Assembly (NCBI GenBank): GCA_023137315.1
Contig: JAGLPP010000019.1
Span: 4,949 to 68,948, forward strand
Length of the DNA stretch: 64,000 nt
Reading direction: 5' to 3'
Origin: Bacteriovoracaceae bacterium
GTDB lineage: Bacteria > Bdellovibrionota > Bacteriovoracia > Bacteriovoracales > Bacteriovoracaceae
Below are positions 51,621 through 60,761 of the stretch, in pieces. The notes beneath the pieces were generated by a model that did no database searches, was not told the origin of the DNA, and worked only from the letters and a program-made list of their open reading frames with translations. A program made the translations under genes and the position numbers. Numbering within the stretch: the first letter of the stretch is position 1; each line of letters starts with the position of its first letter.

Positions 51621-52156
51621 AGTTTATATTTGTAACATTTGTTATTTCAGTATTTTTTCTGGTTGGCTGTCAAAAAGAACAGGGGGCGGAGGATGTATTG
51701 ACGGATTTTGTTGGATATAGATTCAAGCAAAATCAGGATATAGAATACCTTATTACGAGAAGTACAGGGAAATTAAAGTTGGCCCTGCTTGATTTAAAAC
51801 AGAAGAAGAACTCTGAAAGAGTGGAAGATAGGGAAGATTTTTCCAATTTTATCCATACAAACAAATTGCTCAAAAGGAGCTTTAAGATTCTTTTTAAGAA
51901 ATGTGAGAAAGTTGTTTATGAACGATCCGGTAAAGGTAAAATGAAAAATGGCATGGAAAATGATATTTGTTATATTACGTATACGGTTGGGTTTGATAGA
52001 TATGACAAGAGGCTTGATGAGGATAATGCCAAAAGAAACTATCTTATTGAAGTAAAAAAAATTGCCACGCTTGAGAAAATATCAAACAAGTGGATGATTT
52101 CCGATATTAACAATATAAAAACCTATATTGATTCCAAGAAGGATTTTCGTCCCTAG
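51617..52156 (+). CDS. hypothetical lipoprotein
   Basis: Lipobox FLVGC. It overlaps the upstream gene by 4 nt (ATGA coupling). Confidence 0.55.
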   Translation: MKFIFVTFVISVFFLVGCQKEQGAEDVLTDFVGYRFKQNQDIEYLITRSTGKLKLALLDLKQKKNSERVEDREDFSNFIHTNKLLKRSFKILFKKCEKVVYERSGKGKMKNGMENDICYITYTVGFDRYDKRLDEDNAKRNYLIEVKKIATLEKISNKWMISDINNIKTYIDSKKDFRP

Positions 52157-52253
52157 ACTCCGATTTTTTAAGTTTATCCTGATATCACTTGACTTTTTTG
52201 GTCAAAAAATATTTTCATTCAATATTTTTGATAATGATACCGACAAAATACGT

Positions 52254-52784
52254 ATGAAACGGTCAAATTTTGAAGATATATTTATTAATAAAATGATCGA
52301 GGAAACCTATGAATTTCTTCCCGAACAAAAAATCGTAGAGGCGTCGCAGGATTTATTGGAATATTTCAACAGTAAACAAAATATAATCAGCGGAAACGAT
52401 GCTTGTGAGGTCGAAAATTATTTTATCCGTAATGAGATTCAATTTTGCAGGATAATATTTATTCATAAAATAAAATGTTATAGAATGATTATTGAAGGAC
52501 AAACAATAGATCTTCCTGCAAACTGGTCAATATTCGAAAGAATGAGAAAAATACACGAAGCGAACTCATCAACATATTTTCGAATAAATTCCACAGAACA
52601 TTCCGACCATCTCTTTAATATAGTATCTTCTTTGGTTGGGAATCATGCAGAATTATTCTTGATTACACATTTTGGGAAATGCTGGATGACACTCAATTTT
52701 AAAAAAAATATTGAAATTATTAAATGGCTTCAAGAATATATTCTTCAAGATGAAAAAATCAACGACTATGTACAGTCTGCCTAG
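52254..52784 (+). CDS. hypothetical cytoplasmic protein
   Basis: 177 aa counted from Met at 52254; the raw ORF begins at 52128 and overlaps the upstream gene. No recognisable motif. Confidence 0.4.
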   Translation: MKRSNFEDIFINKMIEETYEFLPEQKIVEASQDLLEYFNSKQNIISGNDACEVENYFIRNEIQFCRIIFIHKIKCYRMIIEGQTIDLPANWSIFERMRKIHEANSSTYFRINSTEHSDHLFNIVSSLVGNHAELFLITHFGKCWMTLNFKKNIEIIKWLQEYILQDEKINDYVQSA

Positions 52785-53623
52785 TGCGAGAGTCCTTGGT
52801 AGTAGTCCTTCATCATTTTTGCATCCTCTTCCAGATTTGGACTGTTACAAATAACGTATCCACCGCAGTTGAATTGTTTCAAAGTCTGCAAGAGTTCTTT
52901 CCAATTAAAAGAGGATTCATTAAGATTTAAATGCTTGAGGTCCCCTTTTGAGTTGGAGCTGATACCGGATATGTGAATATGCATATTGCTGAGTGCTTCC
53001 GCATCCAATTCTTCTTCCAACTTTTTGAGAACCCTTGAGAATTCGTTGTAAGAGTTATACTGACCTGTTCTTGCATAGAGATGGGAAAAATCCATGCATG
53101 GACGACATGAAGAAACTTGTTTTGTCAGGCTGATAAGTTCTTCCAGTGAACCAAACTGGCTGGTTTTTCCAGTCAATTCAGGTCTTAATTCTATTTCAAT
53201 ATCCAAACGATTAAGGCGTTCCTCTATTACGTTCAGACTTTTTTCAACCAGATCAAAAACATCATAGGGGGAATCTTTCATATAAAAAGCTGCGTGAAAC
53301 GTCATGGATTCAGCGCCACATAAATCAGATATTTTTGCTGTCTGAATAATTCTTTCGACAGAGGAATCGATTTTATCTTGTTCTCTGGCGTTTAGATTAA
53401 TATAGTATGGGCCGTGTGATGTAAGTGGGATTCCAAGCTCGTAGGAATATTTTCTGAGTGCTGATGAAATCTCATCCTTCATTCTTACGCCATGAGCAAA
53501 TTCCAACTGCATGCAATCGAGTCCTAATGCATGAACCTGCTTTATACCATCAATGGGATTATTTTTTTTAGGGGTACTGTTGGGAACACCGGCGGTACCA
53601 AAAAGTAACCTATTGTGTTGCAT
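52781..53623 (-). CDS. xylose-isomerase-like TIM-barrel protein (AP endonuclease family 2 / sugar-phosphate isomerase superfamily)
   Basis: LLFGTAGVP near the N-terminus, then HGPYYINL, FHAAFY and HIHISG beta-strand-end motifs typical of the endonuclease IV/TIM-barrel superfamily. ATG at 53623 has AAGGAG 8 nt upstream. Confidence 0.6.
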   Translation of the reverse strand: MQHNRLLFGTAGVPNSTPKKNNPIDGIKQVHALGLDCMQLEFAHGVRMKDEISSALRKYSYELGIPLTSHGPYYINLNAREQDKIDSSVERIIQTAKISDLCGAESMTFHAAFYMKDSPYDVFDLVEKSLNVIEERLNRLDIEIELRPELTGKTSQFGSLEELISLTKQVSSCRPCMDFSHLYARTGQYNSYNEFSRVLKKLEEELDAEALSNMHIHISGISSNSKGDLKHLNLNESSFNWKELLQTLKQFNCGGYVICNSPNLEEDAKMMKDYYQGLSH

Positions 53624-53734
53624 AAGCTCTACTCCTTTATAAATAAGAATTACGTTGCTCGAACTTTGAAACAATGTCATTATCTACTGTAATCACTTTC
53701 CACTGTCGATGCGTTATAACGTTAATACAAAGCA

Positions 53735-54619
53735 ATGTCCATCGTTAAGACGAATCGTGTAATATTAACACTTTACGCACGGCAACAATGGCTGAAAGCC
53801 AATGGAGTGCTCATAGTTTACAGAATAATTATCTTAACAGTGATATCGATGTTTGTTCTAGTGCTTTGCGCTGCGATTGGTTTTTGTATTCTGCCATTTG
53901 GTGGAGAGATAATTGGTTTGTTTATAGCACTGATCTATTTAATAGTTGTATATTTTCTGGGCGACAAGATTCTATTGTCGTTAATTTGCGCGAAAGTGCT
54001 GCCGGAAGAGAATCAATATGTGAGTATAGTAATGAATTTGACTTGTCGATTTGGAATGTCGAATGTGCATGTGTATACGTCAAAAAAATATGCTGACGGA
54101 CTTTATTTTATAGAAACTCTTAATCATAGTTCATCGATAGTTATTGGTTATAATTTATTGAAACAACTCCCGGAAGAGGAATTAAAAAATCTAATATTTG
54201 GAGGATTGGTTCTAAAAGGAGATGGAATAATCAGATACAAATGTATTTTGAGTTGTTTATTTGTATTTTTTGAATGGCCCAGGGTTTTGAATGATGTAAT
54301 TGTAATTAAGAAATTTAAATGGATGGTTAATATTATTAATTTTTATCTCTACCCCTTCCATTTATTAAAATGGCTACTTTCAGGAAAAGAGCTTGCCGAA
54401 AAATTAATTAACAATACGGATAATTCTAAAACGACCAGGATTATTCAATCGACTTTATTTAAAGTAAAAAACGTAAATTATCAGAGAAATAATGTGCTTA
54501 TTAATGGTGTCTTGGAACAAATGGCAATTATTCATAATGGTAGGAAATCATTATGGGATAATTTATCAGGTTTACATGGAGACATCTTGGATTATTTTAT
54601 TTCAGATAACTCAGTATGA
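53735..54619 (+). CDS. HtpX/M48-like integral membrane protein lacking the HExxH zinc site (putative pseudo-protease)
   Basis: It has two N-terminal TM helices followed by YFLGDKILLSLICAKVLPEENQ...VHVYTSKK...IVIGYNLLKQLPEEELKNLIFGGLVLKGDG. This parallels the HtpX layout (SDK..l...ga..v......P.vyi...NAFA.G....v.vt.GLl..l...El.aVlaHE.sHi.ngD), but GGLVL replaces HExxH. Two further hydrophobic segments follow. The similarity is judged by eye only. Confidence 0.45.
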   Translation: MSIVKTNRVILTLYARQQWLKANGVLIVYRIIILTVISMFVLVLCAAIGFCILPFGGEIIGLFIALIYLIVVYFLGDKILLSLICAKVLPEENQYVSIVMNLTCRFGMSNVHVYTSKKYADGLYFIETLNHSSSIVIGYNLLKQLPEEELKNLIFGGLVLKGDGIIRYKCILSCLFVFFEWPRVLNDVIVIKKFKWMVNIINFYLYPFHLLKWLLSGKELAEKLINNTDNSKTTRIIQSTLFKVKNVNYQRNNVLINGVLEQMAIIHNGRKSLWDNLSGLHGDILDYFISDNSV

Positions 54620-54629
54620 GGTTTATTGA

Positions 54630-56516
54630 ATGGAAACACCTCAAAAGAAAAAAAGAATCGGCGATTTTACAAAATTATATCCGTTGTTTTTCACATTGGT
54701 GTTTGTTGTCTTATTGTTTCAATATACATTCTCATCATTGGAATCAATTTTTTATGATTTCAGATTAAAATATGATGTGGGGACATCATTCGAGGATGAT
54801 TTTGTATTGATTGTGATGGATGAAGAGAGTGATGAATTTTTAGGTGAAAGATATCCGTATACCTATGCCAGCCATGATCGACTTTTAAAAAGATTAATAA
54901 AGGATAAACCGCTTATAATTGACTATCTTGTTCGTTTGGATGGCCCAAAATCTGACAGTGATAGTATTAACATGCGCCAATTTAAGGGAACTATCGGCAA
55001 TTTTGTTGAGAATGGTGGTTCATTTAGATTTGGGACGGATATGGATGCTAGCGGGGAACATCTTCCTCCAAAGGGATTGCGCGAATTGGGGTTTTCGCTA
55101 TCAATTATTAATATTGATAATTCAGTTTTTTCCAAGGACGATGTGGCCCGTCGGGCATTGCTGAATATTTCAGGTGAAGATTCACTTCATCTGTGGACAG
55201 CAAACCAGTATAGGAAATATCTGGGAAAAGAAGCGTTGGATATAAATTCGATTTTTGGTGCATTTTATGTCAGAGAGGCAGATGCAACATTCAGCTTTTT
55301 CAAGTATTATACGACGCCGGTTGACAAGGATACCAGAATAAGAAGCATTCCTTTTCATCGTGTTGTTGTGGGCAATTTTCCGAAAGGTTTTTTTACCAAC
55401 AAGATTATACTTGTTGGTTCGAGCTATATTTCAAAACCAAATGAGGATTACGTCTATACTCCATTCAACAAAGAGCACAAGAGAGCTTCGAAATTGGGAG
55501 TTCATGCAGCGATTATTCAATCATTTATAAAAAACAAGACGGTATTAAAAATTCCAATAAAGGTTTCATATGTTTTTTCGGTTTTTATTGCGATACTTCT
55601 TTCATACGCAATTTTCAGATTTCATCCAACAAGGGGATTGTTAATAACTGTTTTTTTGGTTGGTGGAATACTTATCATTTCTTATTTATTGTTTTCAGTA
55701 ATGGGTTTTTGGTTACAAACGACTCATCTGATACTAACAGTACTGGTTGTTTACTATATTTGGGTTCCATTTAAGGCCATTGGTGAGTATCAGAGGAGAT
55801 TTGCCATTCAGGAGGAATCGAAGCTTTTAAAACGTGTTGAAGGACTTAAGAGAAACTTTATTTCTCTTATGAGCCATGATTTAAAAACCCCGGTTGCAAA
55901 GATTGCAGGTATTGCAGATATCACGCTTCAACAAAACAGACAAAATCCAGAACTTGCGAAAAATCTTTATTTGATAATTGATTCAACCAGGGAATTAAAT
56001 AAATTCATTACATCAATATTGGATCTTACAAAAATTGAGTCCCAAAAGTTGAATTTGCAGATGGTATCAAAGGACGTTAATCCACTTATTGAAAATGTGG
56101 TTGATGGTTTGCGTTTTGAGGCGAATTCCAAGGGGGTCGATTTTTCATTGGAATTAGATCCGCTATATCCCATTCAAATTGATGTTAATCTTATGAACAG
56201 GGTTATTTCGAATCTTGTTGAAAATGCAATTAAATATTCGGGTGAAAATTCAACGGTCATAGTGAAAACCTGTGATGATGCAGATTGGGTCTATATTGAA
56301 GTGGCCGATAATGGTGTTGGAATTACCGAGGAGGATTTGACACATGTTTTTGACAAATTTTACAGGGTGAAGAATGATGCTTCGCACAGTATAAAAGGAA
56401 CAGGGTTGGGCCTGTATCTGGTAAAATATTTTGTGGAACTTCATGGTGGCTCAATTGGTGTAAGATCAACACCAGGAAAGGGTACAATTTTCCAAATAAA
56501 GTTGAAAAATGCCTAA
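54630..56516 (+). CDS. sensor histidine kinase with an extracytoplasmic CHASE2 domain
   Basis: An N-terminal TM segment, then a CHASE2-like region (DFVLIVMDEESDEFLGERYPYTYASHDRLLKRLIKDKPLIIDY), three TM helices, the H-box SLMSHDLKTP, the N-box NLVENAIKYS and the G-box GTGLGLYLVK. Confidence 0.88.
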   Translation: METPQKKKRIGDFTKLYPLFFTLVFVVLLFQYTFSSLESIFYDFRLKYDVGTSFEDDFVLIVMDEESDEFLGERYPYTYASHDRLLKRLIKDKPLIIDYLVRLDGPKSDSDSINMRQFKGTIGNFVENGGSFRFGTDMDASGEHLPPKGLRELGFSLSIINIDNSVFSKDDVARRALLNISGEDSLHLWTANQYRKYLGKEALDINSIFGAFYVREADATFSFFKYYTTPVDKDTRIRSIPFHRVVVGNFPKGFFTNKIILVGSSYISKPNEDYVYTPFNKEHKRASKLGVHAAIIQSFIKNKTVLKIPIKVSYVFSVFIAILLSYAIFRFHPTRGLLITVFLVGGILIISYLLFSVMGFWLQTTHLILTVLVVYYIWVPFKAIGEYQRRFAIQEESKLLKRVEGLKRNFISLMSHDLKTPVAKIAGIADITLQQNRQNPELAKNLYLIIDSTRELNKFITSILDLTKIESQKLNLQMVSKDVNPLIENVVDGLRFEANSKGVDFSLELDPLYPIQIDVNLMNRVISNLVENAIKYSGENSTVIVKTCDDADWVYIEVADNGVGITEEDLTHVFDKFYRVKNDASHSIKGTGLGLYLVKYFVELHGGSIGVRSTPGKGTIFQIKLKNA

Positions 56517-56566
56517 AGAGGTGTATATAAAGTGAGTGTAGTCGGTTAAGTAACAAGGATTTATTT

Positions 56567-58063
56567 ATGCATAAGGTTTTGGTTGTTGATGATGATAAGG
56601 TTTTGCAGGAATCTGTTAAGCAGGCATTGGAATATCATCACTTTTTTGTCAATACAGCTGATAATGGCAAAGATGCCTTAAAAATGGTTTATAAGGAAAA
56701 ATATGATCTGGTGGTCATGGATGTAAACATGCCGGAAATGGATGGTATGGAGGCCCTGGTTGAGATTAAGAAATATGATCCAACAATTATTGTAATAATT
56801 CTAACAGCATATTCCAACGTTTCGGATGCTGTAAAAGCTGTCAAGGAAGGGGCATACAATTACCTTGAAAAGCCAATATTGTCAGAAAATCTGGTGGCCC
56901 TGATAAAAAGAGCATTAAAGGCTAGATCTTTGGTGGAAACATCGGCTTTTTCCGCTCCACGACTTTCGCTTGGAACAAGTTCAGATGATAAGTTCGTTGG
57001 AGAATCGGATGTGATGCAAAAAGTTTTTAGTGTCATTGATAAATTAGCCCAGGTAAATACACCGGTTATCATTCGTGGAGAATCCGGCACAGGAAAAGAA
57101 CTTGTTGCAAAAGCAATTCATTATAATGGCCCGAGAAAGGATGAAAAATTTGTTACGATTAATCTTGCTGCAATTCCAGATACGCTTGTGGAGTCAGAAT
57201 TATTCGGACACGAAAAGGGAGCATTTACCGGTGCCAATGAAAGAAAAATCGGCAAATTTCAATTTGCAGATGGTGGAACCATTTTTCTTGATGAGATTGG
57301 TGATGTTACACCGGCCATGCAGGTAAAATTGCTTCGCGTTCTTCAGGAACAGACATTTACTCCAGTTGGAAGTAATCGATCGATACAGGTTGACGTCAGG
57401 GTTATTGCAGCATCTCATCAAAACTTCGAGGAAATGATCAAGCAAGGTAGGTTTCGCGAAGATTTATTTTATCGTTTAAATGTATTGCCTGTTTATCTGC
57501 CGCCACTAAGGGATCGGAAGGCGGATATTCCATATTTGGTTGATCATTACATTAAGTATTTTAACAACCATCACAATCTGGAAATAAAGGAATTGACGTC
57601 GCAAGCAGAGCAATTACTTATATCCTATGGCTGGCCGGGAAATATAAGAGAACTAAGGAATGTAATCGAACATGCCTTTATCATTGAATCATCGGATTAT
57701 ATCCAGATTTCTTCGTTGCCTGAGAATCTAATGAAACATGCCGGTGTCGGGGATCAGGTTCGTGATGATTGTTTAACAAGTATTATTGACTTTAAAGAAA
57801 TTAAAGATTCAGTTTTGGACGTTGAGTCGGGTGAAGATAGTCTTGGCGCATATAATTTTACGTTTGCAAATAGGACTGAAGACGGTGAAATCCGGTTGGA
57901 TTTTCAAGTTGCGAAGGAATTGTTCGAAAGAGAATTTATTATTCATGCGTTACAAATGAATAAGGGAAAGATTAATAAAACAGCGTTGAAGGCAAATATT
58001 CCAAAAAAAACCCTACTTAGAAAGATTGAAAAATACGAAATAGATCCAAAAAGTTACTATTAA
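56567..58063 (+). CDS. sigma-54-dependent response regulator (NtrC family: REC, AAA+, Fis-type HTH)
   Basis: Receiver domain (VLVVDDD, phospho-acceptor context VVMDVNMPEMDG), Walker A GESGTGKE, the sigma-54 contact loop GAFTGA, and a C-terminal HTH (NKTALKANIPKKTLLRKIEKY). Confidence 0.93.
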   Translation: MHKVLVVDDDKVLQESVKQALEYHHFFVNTADNGKDALKMVYKEKYDLVVMDVNMPEMDGMEALVEIKKYDPTIIVIILTAYSNVSDAVKAVKEGAYNYLEKPILSENLVALIKRALKARSLVETSAFSAPRLSLGTSSDDKFVGESDVMQKVFSVIDKLAQVNTPVIIRGESGTGKELVAKAIHYNGPRKDEKFVTINLAAIPDTLVESELFGHEKGAFTGANERKIGKFQFADGGTIFLDEIGDVTPAMQVKLLRVLQEQTFTPVGSNRSIQVDVRVIAASHQNFEEMIKQGRFREDLFYRLNVLPVYLPPLRDRKADIPYLVDHYIKYFNNHHNLEIKELTSQAEQLLISYGWPGNIRELRNVIEHAFIIESSDYIQISSLPENLMKHAGVGDQVRDDCLTSIIDFKEIKDSVLDVESGEDSLGAYNFTFANRTEDGEIRLDFQVAKELFEREFIIHALQMNKGKINKTALKANIPKKTLLRKIEKYEIDPKSYY

Positions 58064-58080
58064 CAAAGGCTAATCCCAAG

Positions 58081-58602
58081 ATGAAAAGAATTATTAAATT
58101 TTGCCTGATAATTATTTTTATTATTGCTTTAGACCAAATTTCCAAGGGAATTATTAAAAGTAATTTCCATTTAAATGAATCCCTGGAAGTAATTAAAGGT
58201 TTTTTTAATATTACATATGTACAAAATCGTGGTGCTGCCTTTGGCATATTGGCGGATGTTAATGAATCAATCCGAAAACCCGTTCTCTTTATTATTCCTG
58301 TTTTTGTATGTTTCTTCCTGATATATTTGGTAAAACAGATCTGGAGGAAAAATTTAATTCTGGAAACAGCCTATTGTCTTATTCTTGCCGGCGCAGTTGG
58401 AAATTTAATTGACAGATATTCCATGAATTATGTGGTGGATTTTCTTGATTTTTACTGGGGAAGATATCATTTTCCGGCATTTAATGTTGCCGACAGTGCA
58501 ATTTCCATCGCAACAGGATTGTTAATTTTTGATTTAATAATGGCGACACAAAAAAAAAGAATAACGATTGATAATGATCAACAATCTTCAACAGGTAAAT
58601 AA
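58081..58602 (+). CDS. lspA: lipoprotein signal peptidase II
   Basis: 173 aa, four TM segments, conserved NRGAAFG and FNVADSAI blocks. Confidence 0.93.
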   Translation: MKRIIKFCLIIIFIIALDQISKGIIKSNFHLNESLEVIKGFFNITYVQNRGAAFGILADVNESIRKPVLFIIPVFVCFFLIYLVKQIWRKNLILETAYCLILAGAVGNLIDRYSMNYVVDFLDFYWGRYHFPAFNVADSAISIATGLLIFDLIMATQKKRITIDNDQQSSTGK

Positions 58603-58613
58603 ACAGGCGGAGT

Positions 58614-59381
58614 GTGTCGGCAATGTTACCTGTTATATTAACTCTTGGTAGTATAAAAATTTATTCCTATCCATTATTTCTTGGATTTGCCTGGGGAGTT
58701 GCATATCACCTGGCACGATATTTTTCCGTGACAGGCTTTCAAAATGACAAAGGATTTAATTTGTTTTTTTGTGGTAATTTTATTGCTTCATGGGCCGGTG
58801 CCAAAATTGTATTTCTTATAGTTTCGGATGTTTCCAATTATAAACAATATCTTGTCTCATCATCATTTTGGCTTGGAGGCGGATTTGTATTTTATGGTGG
58901 ATTGATTTTTTCTCTTTTTTATTCCCTGTTTCTATGCCTTGTAATCAAAAAATACGACCTTGACAGGGCCGTGAGCGCTCTTTTGGCATTGCCATTTGCT
59001 CATGCCATTGGCCGGTGTGGATGTTTTTTAGCCGGTTGTTGTTATGGGGTGGAAACAGATGGATTTATTTCCGTTTACATGCATAATAATTATCGTCATC
59101 CGGTGCAACTGTACGAGGCATTATTACTTTTGGGGCTTGGTGTATTATTGGTATACCTGTTTAAAAGGAAAAAGGATTCCGTTACACTGATAATCACTTA
59201 TCTTGGTATTTATTCCATTATAAGATTTTTTATGGAATTTTTGCGTGGTGATGAAGTAAGAGGTTTGTGGGCATATGGAATTTCCACATCCCAGTTGTTT
59301 TCAATCTTTCTTGTTACAGTTCTATTGATTTATGGTCTTGGACGTATGTTGAGTAAAAAAAAAGGTGCAAATCATGGGTAA
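58614..59381 (+). CDS. lgt: prolipoprotein diacylglyceryl transferase
   Basis: Polytopic membrane protein with GRCGCFLAGCCYG and HPVQLYEA signature blocks. The start is GTG at 58614 or ATG at 58623. Confidence 0.92.
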   Translation: MSAMLPVILTLGSIKIYSYPLFLGFAWGVAYHLARYFSVTGFQNDKGFNLFFCGNFIASWAGAKIVFLIVSDVSNYKQYLVSSSFWLGGGFVFYGGLIFSLFYSLFLCLVIKKYDLDRAVSALLALPFAHAIGRCGCFLAGCCYGVETDGFISVYMHNNYRHPVQLYEALLLLGLGVLLVYLFKRKKDSVTLIITYLGIYSIIRFFMEFLRGDEVRGLWAYGISTSQLFSIFLVTVLLIYGLGRMLSKKKGANHG

Positions 59382-59955
59382 AAATAAAATTTATACAAAA
59401 ATTGGTGACAAGGGCCTGACCACATTGCTTGGTGGAACAAAAGTTGAAAAAACAGATATTCGATTGGAGCTTTATGGTGGTGTCGATGAGCTTAATTCAT
59501 TGATTGGTATGGTGATTTCAGTTCTTATGAAGGAGAAAAACTTTCAGGAGGAATTGGATTTTTTGAAAAAGCAGCAGAGAAACCTGTTTGTCATTGGTTC
59601 GTTTTTTTCTTGTGAGAGGGAAAAACGTGAACGATATAATATAAAATCAATTGGAAATGAAGCTATTTTGGAAATTGAAAAATATATTGATAAAATACAA
59701 AAAGATCTGCCGGAGTTGAAAAACTTTATTTTACCAGGTGGAAGTATTGCCTCATCATGGTTGCATATGGCCAGAACATTCTGCAGAAATCTGGAGCGCA
59801 AGTTTGTATCTTATCGAAATATTCAAAAAGATGATTTTGATAATTCAACGCTATCGTTTCTTAACAGAATTTCAGATTGTTTCTTTGTTCTGGCTAGAGC
59901 AGTAAATTATAAGATGAATATTAAAGAGGATATTTACGACAAAACGATTTTTTAA
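59374..59955 (+). CDS. ATP:cob(I)alamin adenosyltransferase (PduO/MMAB type)
   Basis: The N-terminus KIYTKIGDKGLTTLLGG...YGGVDELNSLIG is the PduO-type signature. ATG at 59374 is preferred to the raw ORF start at 59365. Confidence 0.88.
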   Translation: MGKNKIYTKIGDKGLTTLLGGTKVEKTDIRLELYGGVDELNSLIGMVISVLMKEKNFQEELDFLKKQQRNLFVIGSFFSCEREKRERYNIKSIGNEAILEIEKYIDKIQKDLPELKNFILPGGSIASSWLHMARTFCRNLERKFVSYRNIQKDDFDNSTLSFLNRISDCFFVLARAVNYKMNIKEDIYDKTIF

Positions 59956-59972
59956 TAAAAGATGAGGTTAAT

Positions 59973-60407
59973 ATGATCCACCTTAGAGAATATAAAAAAT
60001 CAGATTTTGAAATAATAAATGAGCTTTGGATGGAATACGGGCTTTCCAATCAAGAGCGCAATGATTCACATGAAATGATCCAAAATACAATAAATCAAGG
60101 TGGTTTTCTTTTGGTGATGGAAGATCAGGAAACATCAAATATTATTGGTTGTTCATGGGTGACCAATGATGGAAGAAGACTATACTTACATCATTTTTTT
60201 ATAAAAAGAGAATTTAGAAAAATGGGCCATGGAAAACAATTACTTGATGAATCTTTAAAAAGAGCACAGGAAATGGGACTACAGATAAAATTAGAAGTTC
60301 ATGATGATAATAAAAGGGCCCAGCTTTTGTATAAAAATGCCGGTTTCAAATATCTTGGTGATTTCAGAATTTACATTCGTCGCGATACTGAATTATTCCC
60401 ATATTAA
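59973..60407 (+). CDS. GNAT-family N-acetyltransferase
   Basis: 144 aa. Acetyl-CoA binding motif REFRKMGHGKQLL (R/Q-x-x-G-x-G/A) and a C-terminal LYKNAGFKY block. Confidence 0.85.
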   Translation: MIHLREYKKSDFEIINELWMEYGLSNQERNDSHEMIQNTINQGGFLLVMEDQETSNIIGCSWVTNDGRRLYLHHFFIKREFRKMGHGKQLLDESLKRAQEMGLQIKLEVHDDNKRAQLLYKNAGFKYLGDFRIYIRRDTELFPY

Positions 60408-60590
60408 TTTAGGATTTCAGGATGAGCCGTCCCATTGATACGAGTCCCGTGGAACAATGAGGTGCGACAACAACCTTATAGAAAGTGTTTTTACAGACAT
60501 TTATAGTAGGTTTTTCTGGATATCTGATTATTACATCAAGATGGTTAAAGTGGTCGGAATTTTCTATTTGTACCATATACAAAATAATTT

Positions 60591-60619
60591 TTGACATAGA
60601 CACATGCTACTCATATTAT
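60591..60619 (+). promoter_or_regulatory. sigma-70 promoter of the SRP RNA gene
   Basis: Perfect -35 TTGACA (60591-60596), a 17-nt spacer, and -10 TATTAT (60614-60619). The predicted start is about 7 nt downstream, at the G-rich 5' end of the SRP RNA. Confidence 0.7.
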
Positions 60620-60625
60620 CCATTT

Positions 60626-60728
60626 GGTGGCTGGATTGGTGACAATTGCTGGCAGTAGCGAATTCCGCCAGGTCGGGAACGAAGCAACGGTAGTCATTGT
60701 CGCTTTGTGTTATCCAGTCTGGCTGCCG
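60626..60728 (+). ncRNA. ffs: signal recognition particle RNA (small 4.5S-type)
   Basis: It contains CCAGGUCGGGAACGAAGCAACGG, matching the universally conserved domain IV core (CCAGGUC-GGAA tetraloop-GAAGCA). The 5' GGUGGCUGGAU can pair with the 3' AUCCAG...GGCUGCC. It is followed by a T6 run. The position just upstream of dnaX-ybaB-recR matches Bacillus and many other bacteria. The ends are approximate. Confidence 0.8.
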
Positions 60729-60761
60729 TTTTTTATTTAAAAGGTTTTCTCGAATAATATT

